A stretch of 64,000 bases of DNA from a virus. The stretch is from positions 1 through 64,000 of IMG/VR virus record IMGVR_UViG_3300020411_000483; one strand, written 5' to 3'. Shown here piece after piece: positions 30,818 to 42,200 of the stretch (its first letter is position 1; each line of letters opens with the position of its first letter). Below the pieces are notes generated by a model that worked only from the letters and a program-made list of their open reading frames with translations, did not search any database and was not told the origin of the DNA. Made by a program: the position numbers and the translations under genes.

Positions 30818-33800
30818 TTACTGAGTCCTTGCTATTGTTTGGAACTCGATGCTCTTAATTCGATAAGAAGCACCACCGTTTCCTACCAGTTTTTCACCAC
30901 CTAAAATCGCTTGTGCAACTGCGGTTGTGCCACTTGAAGGTGCAGCGATTGTTATTGTTGGGTGAATATTATATGTATTGTCTACAGTCTGTTTATATCC
31001 ATAACCACCATTAGTTATGGTTATAGATGCAACTTGGTCTCCAGCAGCAGTTAAGACTGCTGTACCTGTTGCCTGTATATCACCAATAGCTTCAATAGTA
31101 ACTCCTGGTACTGAGCTATAGTTAGTACCAGCATTCTGTATATTGAAATCTATTATAGTTCCTGTATCGGAGAATTTATACAAGTAACCAGCAACACCAA
31201 CGTTAACATTACCTGTATTAAATGGTATGATATCACCAACTATCAGTTTACCTGTGCTTGGGTTCCAAGACACTACAGTGCCTTTAACACCAGATACATC
31301 ACCAGTTACCACTTCATTAACTGCATAATTATTTCCATTACCATCATTAGCATCAATAGTGATTTCCATTAATGCTGTATGAGGCACACCTTCATTCAAT
31401 GCACCAGCAGATGTAATTGTTGCATACTTGAATGGAATGTCTGCATCTTTAATACTGTCTCCAGCTTGGAATAGGGTTGTGTTTGTGCCACCCTGAGTTT
31501 CCTCAATACCATAAAGTGAACTGAATATACCACCTTCGAGTGATATTTGGTTTTCAAATTCTGTTCCTGTATTTACTAGGTCAGGAATACCGTCTCCAGC
31601 ACCAGAGTTTTCTGCGATATCTTGGAATTTCTTATCTTGTAATGTTGTAATAGGTACTGTTAATGTAGTAATAACATCACCAGGTGAGTTTAATACCACG
31701 TGTGGTTGGAATCCTGAGTTAGCAGAATCAGCAACACCAGCATCAAACTGTACAATTGCATCTTCTGTAGATGGAATACCTGCATCAATGAATGCCAATT
31801 CATCAACTTCAAATGCTACAAGTAATTCTCTTGTCTGAGCATTCCAGTCATATACTTTTGCTATCTTGTTCTGGGCATTTTCAACCCTTCTAATTACTCG
31901 GTCACCAACATTAAACTTATAGTTTGAAGTGCCATCAGATAGATTCTGTCCACTATCAAGAATAACACGTTGGTCATAGTTGAAATTAAGACCTCTTGTT
32001 ACATTACTAAACTTCTCTCTTGATTTGGAAGAATATGAAACTGTCTCATTTCCAATAATTAATTTACCTGAACCTGGATATGCGTCTGTAGAATCAACAT
32101 ATATCTCAGTCTGACTAGCAGTCATATTTGCTAGTAGTCCAGTTAGATAGAATGCTGTAGAGTTAAGTGACTGTCTAGCAGCAGTCTTCCTCTTAAGATT
32201 AACTAACTTAGTAAAGATAACATTAGGAGCAGAGGTAAATCCTTGACCTTGCTCTGTTACTGTAATACCAGTAATTTTACCTTGACTTACTTGAGCAGTT
32301 GCTCTAGCACCAATACCGCCACCACCAGTAATTAAAACATAAGGTGGTTCTTGATAGAATTCACCAGCATTTACAACACTAATAGATGTAACCTTACCTG
32401 TAACATCAATCTTTGCAGCACCTTTAGCGTTTTGTCCACCACCACCTTCAACAATTAGAGTAGGAGGAGTAGCAAAACTTCTACCTGGGTTTAATAATGC
32501 AAGACCTGTAACAGTTTGGACGGTAGGAGTTGCAGTAGCACCAGTACCTCCACCACCTAAAATCTTTGCTTCTGCTGTACCAAAGTAACCATCACCAAAT
32601 TTCTCCATCCTAATGTAAGAAACTTTACCAGCATCAGCACCTGTTCCCAATACAACTTCACCTTCTGCACCACTAGGGAATTCTGTAGGAACATCTCCTA
32701 AAGTATCACCTTCAAATGTAGGTACTCCTCTAAACTGAGGTCCAATAACATAAGGATAAACAGGATTACCTGAACTATCCTCTGTCATAAAGTAAGCATA
32801 AGTGCCGTTTGGATACTCTGGAGTAGTAGCAAATCTACCATTAAACTTATCTAAAGTTGCACCAGAAACAGCAGAATCCCAGATATAGTCTTGAGTTAGG
32901 TCACCCATTAAGTAACCATCTTGGACTAATCTAAATCCCATATCAGCTGTTGAATATGAGAATGTATAAAGTAGTCTAGGGCAATCTGTTCTGGGAGCAA
33001 ATGTTAAACGTCTTTGGGTTGCAGCATTAAATCCTGAAATATATTCTGTATATGTCTTAGCAACTCCATCTAACTCATAGGTAACACCTTCTGTATGTAA
33101 GATTGAAGTATCACCATTAGCAGTACCAGCCGCTTGCCAACCATTTTCTTGTGTGCTTAATAACAGGAAGTTACTATTATTAGTAGCATGATCCTGATTG
33201 AAAACGTATGTCTTACCTCTGAATAAATTTAAGAATTGTACTTCACTACCACCGACATAGAATTTGCCATTAGATACGGTAATAGTCTGTGTTACTGTAG
33301 ATGCTGTAACAACAGCAGGTCTAGCACCGTCAATTTCAACACCAGTTTTTAATCTATATCCTGATACTTCTCTAGCAGCAACACCAGAAGAATTGTATCC
33401 CCAAGGTCCATAGATTGGATATCCATCATAGGACATACCTAAAATCTTAGAATGTCCATCTGCATGTCTACCGTAGTCAGGACCAGTAGCAAAGAAATCT
33501 GTAACGTAATAATTATTAGTTGGTGTAAAATTCTCTACTGTAGAATCAAGAATCATATATCCTTCATCACCAGTATATCCAGACATATATCTGTGATACT
33601 TACAGTAATAATAGATTCTATTAGTCTCATCAGCATTCATCAAGAAGAGTGGCATAAACTCATTCTCGTAATCAGTTGCCCAACCAGCATCTGATCCAGT
33701 GCTATTTGTGTATAGTGTGCCACCATTTAACAGACCATCTTGTGTGGTACTGAATTGCATTGGGTGACCATGTTGATGTGTCTGAGAAGGTTGGTTACTT

Positions 33801-34966
33801 GTATCAGATTGATTCCACTTAATTAGATAATTTCTTTGAACCTTAATGTTTTCAGGTGATAGATACCATCCATTAACATCAAAACTACCAAATTCAGCAG
33901 CATCAGGTCCAAAATTAATATAGAAAAGACCATTAGGGAATGTAGTAGGGTCATTATTAATGGTCATTTGGAAACCATTTGCACCTAACAGATTATCTCC
34001 ATTAGCAAATGTGCCATTAACAAGTCTTACATATACTCTCTGGACAATACCAGAACCATTTCTAACAATTTTTGCAACTTCACATGTTGCATTACCACCA
34101 ACTTTTTCAATAAGTCTACCAACTTCAACACTTCCCATCGTCTCAGAGACGTTACCAACAGGAAGCATTAAGTTATCAAATTCTGTTTTAATATTCCAAG
34201 TGAATGTTTGTATGAAACCATTTTGAAATGGTCCATTCTTTAATGCTAAATGATTGATTAGTTTATTTGAATGATAATAATAAACGTTATTATCAACTGC
34301 ACCACCATAAACATCACTATTTTTAATGAATGATGACTTTACAGTATCTAAACTGAATCCTACAGGGACATCACTATGTCCTTGTCCCCATTCTGGAGTA
34401 TGGAGTAACACTCCATTTGCCATAATACCCAAAGCCTTATTCTTCTGGTCAGGTCTTGGTTCAGCAGCAGGTACGTCCTTACCACCTCTATATACGAATG
34501 CTTGATTGAAATTTCTATCTACTAAAGGTCCACCACCTGGTGCTCTTTCTGTGCCATAGTCAGCAGGTTTTGGATGATTATCTGAAACAATAGTTAGTCT
34601 GTCTGTTGCTCCTGAAAATGATGCTGTTGTCGTTGACTGCGGATTGCTTTGCCATATTCTATTAATGTCAAATGACGTAACAACGTTTGGCGTATCAGAA
34701 GTTGGTAAAATGTTGAGTCTGAGTGGATCATAACCCCTCCCTTTGTTTAATACTCGTACATGGACAATCCTACCTGACGCATCGTCAATGATAGGATAGA
34801 GTATTGCTTCTTCATCTGGTGTGCCACAACCAGTAACAGTTAGTCTTGGTGGATCCGCAGAAGTATAATCCTTCCCTCCTTCCAAAACTTCGACTGCTCT
34901 AACACCAAATACTTCGTTGAATAATGGTTTGATAGAAGCACCAGAACCAGGTATCGTCCTCGCCAT
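30818..34966 (-). CDS. virion structural protein with split YHYH domain and cupredoxin-like inserts
   Basis: ALGIMANGV, YYYH, HSKILG.SYDGYPIYGP, LDKFNGR..TPEYPNGTYAY; GxGY/P.V.I.GGGG repeats. Confidence 0.85.
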   Translation of the reverse strand: MARTIPGSGASIKPLFNEVFGVRAVEVLEGGKDYTSADPPRLTVTGCGTPDEEAILYPIIDDASGRIVHVRVLNKGRGYDPLRLNILPTSDTPNVVTSFDINRIWQSNPQSTTTASFSGATDRLTIVSDNHPKPADYGTERAPGGGPLVDRNFNQAFVYRGGKDVPAAEPRPDQKNKALGIMANGVLLHTPEWGQGHSDVPVGFSLDTVKSSFIKNSDVYGGAVDNNVYYYHSNKLINHLALKNGPFQNGFIQTFTWNIKTEFDNLMLPVGNVSETMGSVEVGRLIEKVGGNATCEVAKIVRNGSGIVQRVYVRLVNGTFANGDNLLGANGFQMTINNDPTTFPNGLFYINFGPDAAEFGSFDVNGWYLSPENIKVQRNYLIKWNQSDTSNQPSQTHQHGHPMQFSTTQDGLLNGGTLYTNSTGSDAGWATDYENEFMPLFLMNADETNRIYYYCKYHRYMSGYTGDEGYMILDSTVENFTPTNNYYVTDFFATGPDYGRHADGHSKILGMSYDGYPIYGPWGYNSSGVAAREVSGYRLKTGVEIDGARPAVVTASTVTQTITVSNGKFYVGGSEVQFLNLFRGKTYVFNQDHATNNSNFLLLSTQENGWQAAGTANGDTSILHTEGVTYELDGVAKTYTEYISGFNAATQRRLTFAPRTDCPRLLYTFSYSTADMGFRLVQDGYLMGDLTQDYIWDSAVSGATLDKFNGRFATTPEYPNGTYAYFMTEDSSGNPVYPYVIGPQFRGVPTFEGDTLGDVPTEFPSGAEGEVVLGTGADAGKVSYIRMEKFGDGYFGTAEAKILGGGGTGATATPTVQTVTGLALLNPGRSFATPPTLIVEGGGGQNAKGAAKIDVTGKVTSISVVNAGEFYQEPPYVLITGGGGIGARATAQVSQGKITGITVTEQGQGFTSAPNVIFTKLVNLKRKTAARQSLNSTAFYLTGLLANMTASQTEIYVDSTDAYPGSGKLIIGNETVSYSSKSREKFSNVTRGLNFNYDQRVILDSGQNLSDGTSNYKFNVGDRVIRRVENAQNKIAKVYDWNAQTRELLVAFEVDELAFIDAGIPSTEDAIVQFDAGVADSANSGFQPHVVLNSPGDVITTLTVPITTLQDKKFQDIAENSGAGDGIPDLVNTGTEFENQISLEGGIFSSLYGIEETQGGTNTTLFQAGDSIKDADIPFKYATITSAGALNEGVPHTALMEITIDANDGNGNNYAVNEVVTGDVSGVKGTVVSWNPSTGKLIVGDIIPFNTGNVNVGVAGYLYKFSDTGTIIDFNIQNAGTNYSSVPGVTIEAIGDIQATGTAVLTAAGDQVASITITNGGYGYKQTVDNTYNIHPTITIAAPSSGTTAVAQAILGGEKLVGNGGASYRIKSIEFQTIARTQ

Positions 34967-34969
34967 TTA

Positions 34970-36196
34970 TTAAGTTACTACGTTGATTGTACCGTTCATC
35001 AATGCATGTAATGTGCATTGGTAATATAGAGTTGTTGGAGCATCCATAGGGACAGTCCAATATAAAACTGTGATTCCACTACCAGTTTGACCAGCAGTAT
35101 ATGGAGTCCCAGCTAATCCAGTTGTGCTCTGAATTCTGAATGGGTGACCAGCACCTTGGACAGAATTATCAAATGCATAAGTTTGTCCTCTCTGGACATA
35201 TAACGTTGGGTCATTTGTAGCAGCAGAGAAACCTGGTCCAGAGAATGTATAATGGTCTGCACCATCAGCATTCACTTCCCACCAAGTAATTGGACTACGG
35301 GTTGGTACCCAGTTTGTGCCATTGTAGAAGAGTGAATCTCCTTGGACAAGACCACCAATATTTGTATCAGTCAGAGCAGCAAATGTTGTAGTCAGAGTTC
35401 CAGAGAAATTAACTGTCAAAGTATCCCCAGAAACGGCTGTGGTAATGTTTGTACCACCAGCAATCGTTAGAGTATCAGATTGTGTATTAGCAGTAGTGGA
35501 TCCTGTATCACCAGCAACTGATGCCCAAAGGTTAAGTGAGGATATACCTGAGTCATCATCAGCAGGTGCCCACTTACTTGTAGAAGAATTCCACTTTAAA
35601 ACTTGATTATTTGTAGGTGCAGCAGTATTTGTATCAACGTCAACCAAATCATTAACACCTGAATATTGTGTCAATAATTTTGCTTGGGTAGCACCAACAC
35701 CACCAGCAGTAATATTAATGTTTACATATGGATTATCATCACCGTTAACTGTAAAGAAATATCCCTTATATGATGCAGCAGCAGGAGAAGCAGCAAGTGA
35801 TGCCCACTCATTCTTATACTTTACTGTCGTAGGGAAATCAATTCCTCCACCAGAACCCGCAAATGTATTGGTAACACCACCAACGCCAAGTGTTAAGTTA
35901 CCCGTGCCATTCGGAGCGATATTGATATTTCCATTACTTGAAGAAACAATACTATTACCGTTAACATCCAAACCAGCAGTGAGGTTTGTATAGTCAGATG
36001 GAAGAAATGTCGATCCATTATATCTAAGTACCTGTCCTACAGCAGCATTGGTAACACTAAGTTGCAACGTAGTGCCATTACCTATACCAGTGTATATTTC
36101 GTTAAAATTGTCATTAATCTTGTCACCACCAACTCTCAGGGTATCACCCGTGTTGTCGTTAGCTGCAGTACCAAGACCTAGCGTTTGTTTAGCCAT
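34970..36196 (-). CDS. gp9/gp10-like baseplate connector (N-terminal) with C-terminal cupredoxin-like domain
   Basis: MAKQ.LG.GT.AND.TGDTLR.GG.KINDNF.EIY is the T4 gp9/10 N-terminal signature; C-terminus GHPF...LYYQCTLHALM. Confidence 0.8.
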   Translation of the reverse strand: MAKQTLGLGTAANDNTGDTLRVGGDKINDNFNEIYTGIGNGTTLQLSVTNAAVGQVLRYNGSTFLPSDYTNLTAGLDVNGNSIVSSSNGNINIAPNGTGNLTLGVGGVTNTFAGSGGGIDFPTTVKYKNEWASLAASPAAASYKGYFFTVNGDDNPYVNINITAGGVGATQAKLLTQYSGVNDLVDVDTNTAAPTNNQVLKWNSSTSKWAPADDDSGISSLNLWASVAGDTGSTTANTQSDTLTIAGGTNITTAVSGDTLTVNFSGTLTTTFAALTDTNIGGLVQGDSLFYNGTNWVPTRSPITWWEVNADGADHYTFSGPGFSAATNDPTLYVQRGQTYAFDNSVQGAGHPFRIQSTTGLAGTPYTAGQTGSGITVLYWTVPMDAPTTLYYQCTLHALMNGTINVVT

Positions 36197-36215
36197 TTAC
36201 CTTACAATTTTTAGT

Positions 36216-36223
36216 TATTTATG
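36216..36223 (-). promoter_or_regulatory. late promoter variant CATAAATA overlapping the gp7 stop
   Basis: Immediately upstream of the gp9-like gene. Confidence 0.5.
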
Positions 36224-39200
36224 GGATTATCTCAGGGTCAATTACTTCTTCACCATATTGACTTAAGTCTGGAGCAGTCCAATCATCAGGGACTGAAGTA
36301 TCAACCGATATACCAGGAGCAGAATATCCACTTCCTTGGTTAGAAATTACACACTCACCAACACCAACCAGTGCCTTAATCTGTGCGTCAAATCCAGAGA
36401 TGGAGTCAACCCTTACAGATGGTCTAGTTGTATATCCAGATCCAACAGAGGTAACTTGGACACTAGCGATAGACCCACTTGTAATCGTTGCAGATCCAAC
36501 TGCGTCCTTACCAAAGACTGATCCGAGATAGTCGAATGTGATTAGAGAGTTAGAAGATTCAATAACAGCAACTTCTCTGTCTGAAGTCTCACCTTGAATG
36601 TCAATAAAGTCACCTGGTTCAATTGGTGGGACAACTTCAGCAGCGTCAACGTCTGCCTCACTACCCACGTAAGAGAATGCAACGAATGTAGACCCAACAC
36701 GAGGTATTTCAGAGAAGATTATTCGAGAACCAACAAGCTCGAAACCTACGCCTGGTTCCTGAATAACACCATTGAGTGAAACGATGATATTATTTTCTGG
36801 ACGTATAACCGTAGACTGGACACCATCGGTAAGTGTTAGTGAGTAGAATACTCCATTACGCTTGAGGTTGAATGACTGTCTCAATGAGTCGAAGTCGAAT
36901 GAGATGTCATCTAACTGTCTCAACTTACCAACGTAGAATCCTGTGAATGCAGACCCTATCGTAGGTGCTTCAGTAAACTGAATTGTGTCTGAGAATGCTG
37001 TGTATGCGTTAGCTGCACCTGGAGGTTGTAGAATACCATTAACAAATATGAGCATATGTCCTTCAGAGTCAGGCAAGTATGCTGTACCATTATTCTGTGT
37101 AAGTTTGAATTGTGTTTGGACACCATCGAATCCCTTGAAGGATCTCTTAACACGTGCCTTAATATCTTGCTTACTCTTAACAACTGCCTTATATCCATTA
37201 AGTGACTTGATTGCGTCCTTAGTATCGAAGGTACCTACGATGTCACTCATGTAGATACGCTTGTTAACACCAACTGTCTCAATGTCTTGGACAAGAGCAC
37301 CAGCAGCACCTGCTGTTACAACAGAAGTTGTAATGGTTGCGTAACCAACTGGGAAGGATTCACCTTGACCGTAGTCACCAACGATATCACCGTTAGTTAG
37401 TGATCCCATTACAGGAGCGTAGTAGATGTAGTTATTGCTTAGGTCAACTGAAGTAATGATACCGTAATTTGCAGTATCTTGGACACCTGATACAACCTTA
37501 TAAAGTCTGTTACCAACAGTGAAGTTATTCAAGTTGGTTAGTATGCTAATACCAATTCTTGTGTATCCGTCTGATACAATTCTATTACCGATAGCAACAT
37601 CTAAACCACCAAACTTAGCAACCTCTAAGTATTGTCTTGAGCTTTCTGCGTAAACAACAGCAGTCTTCTCAAATGTTCCTAATAGAGATGCAGTATCAAC
37701 AACTAACTTACCACCAGTGTTTGTAAGGACAGCAGCTTCAGCAGTGATATTTGCGTTAACATCAGCAGTAGCACCCGAAGTATATCCTTGGAATCCTACA
37801 TTAGCATCAAATGTACCAATCTTATCGATGATATGCATTCTTGTCTCAATGTTACTAATCTGACAAGTAGTTGAGTTAGCAGCACCGACTATAGTGTCTA
37901 GGACTGCGAATGTACCAGCAGTAATCTTAACATCGACATACTTGAAGTTAGCATCTTCATGGAATCCATAAACAATACCTGTCTTAGTGTTATCACCTTG
38001 CTTTTGAATTGCCTCATTCATTGTGAATGGACCATCAGTGATAGTGCCATCAATTCTGAATCTGGAGTAGACTTGGACAATCTTACCTTCATTCCTTGTG
38101 ATTGATTCAACTTCAGCATATGCACCTGAAGTACCACCAAAGAAGTTGTCAGCATTATTAATTCCACCACCAAGAGGTATTGGAATATCTCTAGTGCCGT
38201 ATGTCTTAGCAGGAGTAACAATACCAGTTTGATTGGTAATATTTGTATAATGAGCGTTATTAACAAGTTGCTTCTTAACCATACCTAAGAGATATCTCAC
38301 AACTCTCATAATTGAGAGAGTGTTATAATCTTTTGCTAAAGTAGCAGAGGTGAATGCGTAGAAGGAAGCACCAGGAGAAGGAGAAGTTAGACTTTGAGAA
38401 AGTGCTCCATCAATCTGTGTTTCTAATGTCTCAAGAATGTAATTCTTAATGTTGAAATCGTTATCAGCATAGAATGTTGTGCCGTATGCAGAAACATATG
38501 GGTCAAGTGCAGACTTAGTTAGTTTTGCACCCCAAACATATACACCACTTACACCATCACCAGCGTAGTTAGTTGAACCACCAGCATTCTTAACGATAAC
38601 CTTGTTAGTTAAGGTTGTGAAACCGAAGGAGAATGTAATTTGAATATATGCTCTTATCCATCCACCACCAACAGGGACTGATCCATATGCGTTAGCAGTA
38701 ATACCTTGCTGAGGTGTGAATATGCTACCGAAGGATGCGTTACTTAAATCAAGGTCAAAGAATGCATTCTGCTCTGCTGATGTACCAGTATCCAATGTCA
38801 TTTGGAATCTAACCTTATCAAATTCTGCTTTCTTAATGAATGCAGAGAATGTGAATGTCTGAGCAGTAGTAATAGCACCTTCGTCAAACTTCTGACCTGT
38901 AGTATCCCACTTGATAGAAGTATCATCAAATGTATCGTAAGCAGTTAGACTATAATTTCTTGAAATTGTATGCTCACCAGTGCTACTATCAACTACAACC
39001 TTCTCAGCAAGTAATTGATCGTCTGGGTCAGCAGTTACATTACCGTCTATACTAGAACCGCTTGCAGTCCAGTTAGCAGTAAAGTCTTCAGGATTAGTAA
39101 AGAGGTTAATACCTGCAACTTGATCAGCAATACCTGTTGTTATAATTCTTGTAGAAGCAAGTGACTGGACGTTAGCAACAGTTGTGTAGTAATCGTAGGT

Positions 39201-42200
39201 AGGACCAACAACATTAACTACAGCAGTTGCACCGCTAGTGCCAGTTAAGTCATCTACAGATGCCCAATTTGTACCTGTAACATCACCAATAACCAACATC
39301 TGAGTCTCAGTGATATATTCCTTAACAGATGCATAACCACCACCAGATGAAGTTACAACTTCACCCTCAGAGAATTCTCCAATTACATTGGTAAGAGTGA
39401 TGTTTCTAGCATTACCAAACTTAGATGTATCAGTAATTGCTAAGTCATGAATTACATCATTAACTGTAGTCTCTAGGAATGTATTGATATCTGCTGACCA
39501 TGCACCAGAACCCCACTGACTGTTAACTAGATTTTCTAATTCTTGGTCGTAGTAATTCTTGTTATTAAGAATCATTCTACCAGCAGACCTACCAGCATCA
39601 TCTGAAGGAGATAGAGTATCAATTGCGATATCCATCAAGTTCTCAAATGCGTTAACTGCATCAATACAATCATCACTTAAGTATGCAGTATCACCCTTAC
39701 TATCGGTAATAGTTGCATCACGGTATGCAACTTCTGTAGTCCACATAGCAGCATACTGGTCACCAGTTAATCCAGTTATACCTTGGTTATAAAGGTTATT
39801 GATTATTGCTAGTTTACCAAGTTTCTTAACTTGCTGGAAGGCATACATGGTTGAGAGTAATTGATCCTCAACTTGTTTGATACCACCAGAAGTAGCAATA
39901 TAATTTTCAATTGCTCTAATAGTATTACTGTTACCACCAGTTTGTAGGTCACTGATGACACTATCAAGCAATAGTTTAATATCTTTCTTACATGTATCTC
40001 TACCAGTAGCACCACCTGGATACTGGAAGGATTGATAAAGGATGTTGTTTAGAGTATATGAGAATTCAGCATCTAGTAAACCAACTGCCTCTTCAGCAAT
40101 GTAATCCTTATTGAAGTGTAGAAGGTCACCTGCATCTCTATATCTGTCACCATTAGGAGCAAGAGTCTCATTTGCCAATAGGACTAAAGTATCAAGTGCA
40201 TCCTTAACGTTTGTGCAATCGCCAGGGGCAGTTACAGAGTTAGCAACAGCAGATACAAATGTATGAGCATAGTTACCACCTGTGACTATAGCATTAGCAG
40301 AAGCAGAAACAAATAGGTGTGCAGTTGTGTTAGTAGATGTACCAACGTTAACTGTGATTGTATTATCATCAACAGCAGTAATTGCTACAGCATCGTTGTA
40401 TGCAGGGTCATCTGCGGATGCTCCACCTTGTCCATTAGCACGAGGATATTGGTGATTAGATCCATGACTGTCCTGAGCACAAGTGAATGTTAATGATTGT
40501 TGTGCAATCTGAATTGCTGTGCCAACTGCTAAGTTATGAGCACCGATTGTTAATACCAATACACCTGTAGTAGGATCGTATGTTGCAGCAGTAGGAGTAA
40601 AGTATTTGGTAGGTGATGCACCAATGTTAACTGTAATAGTTGTTGCAGTAACTGCCTTAATTAAAATATTCTTGTTATACCAAGGGTCAGATGCTCTTGG
40701 ATAATCCTTAGCAGAACTGTTACCATCCATTGCACAAGTGAATTTCAATCCACCAGCAGCAATGTTAATCTTTCTACCAACTGTCAAACTGTGTGTTCCA
40801 ATGGTTAATACCATGTCACCAGTTACAGGATCGTATGTTGCAGCAGTAGGACTAAAGTTAGTAGCAGTATCTTGGGTAATACCCCAATCACCAATGATAA
40901 CAGAATCAGTATTAGCGTCAGTTAAATCACCTGTTACTGATTGCTTGGCATAGAATCCAAGTCTGTTATGAGCATATAGAGATTGAAGTAGTTGGAGTCT
41001 AACGTGTTGAATCTCATCGTTAGTTCCAAGGTAATTCTTAACTGCAATTAGAGTATTGAAGTTACCACCATCTTCGATGTCATTTGCAATAGCATCTAAG
41101 ATAATTCCTAAGTCAGTCTTACAACGTAGAGTACCAGCACCACTACCATCAGCATTTCTAGGCATTCCTAGAGTCAACTCAGGATAACGAGCAATCATAT
41201 CAGCAGCAGTCTTATCTACGATAGGACCACGATTGAGTCTGATTAGATTTGCAGCATCACGGAATCTGTCTCTAGTTGCTAGGTCAACTCTTTGTGTATA
41301 AGCAAGACCAGTAGCAACGTCATCGATGTTAAATGGTATTTCTAAGAATGCATCAGCAGTTGCACCAACATACTCATGTTGTGGAGTTAGTTTTGTAATA
41401 GTTGCTAGATGGTCTACAGCAACTGCCTGATTTGCTTCAATCAATGTATCAATAACAACTGATAATAGGTTATCAACAGTAGATTGTACGTCTGAGCAAT
41501 CACCGTTACTGTATCCAAGGACCTTAACGCAATCAGCGACTGCCTTAACCCACTTATGAGTATGCAACCATTTCTTAATAGCACCACCCTTAGCACTTAC
41601 AAATAAGTGTGAAGAGTTTGGAGTGTAAGAAACAGCGTTAGAAGCAGCAGTTACAAATGTATGAGCATAGTCACCACCTGCGTGGATTACTGCTCTCTTA
41701 ATTCCATTTGCAGTAGCAGAAACGAATGTATGTGCAGAAACGTTTGTGGAAGGTAGAGAATCTAATACTTGTACTTGGAATGTGTTTGTAGTAACTCCAG
41801 AAATAGTTAACCACTTACCAGATACAGGATCACTTGGTCTTGGATATGTGTGGTTAGTAGCATTACTATCCTTAGCACAACTGAAAGTTAAAGAGTTATC
41901 TGCAATCTTAATTCTTTCTCCATTAACGAAACCATGACCATTAACAGTCAATGTCAATAGACCTGTAGTTGGACTATAAGTTGCACCAGTTGCAGTATAG
42001 TTACTATTTGCACTTACAAATGTATGTGCAGTTGTGTTAGAAGAAGTTCCAACGTTTAGAGTAATTGTTGTTGCTGTTACAGCAGTAATTGTTACAGCAT
42101 CGTTGTATGCTGGATCGTCAGCAGATGCACCACCTTGACCGTTTGCACGAGGATAAGTGTGGTTGGATCCATGACTATCTTGAGCACATGTAAAGGTTAG

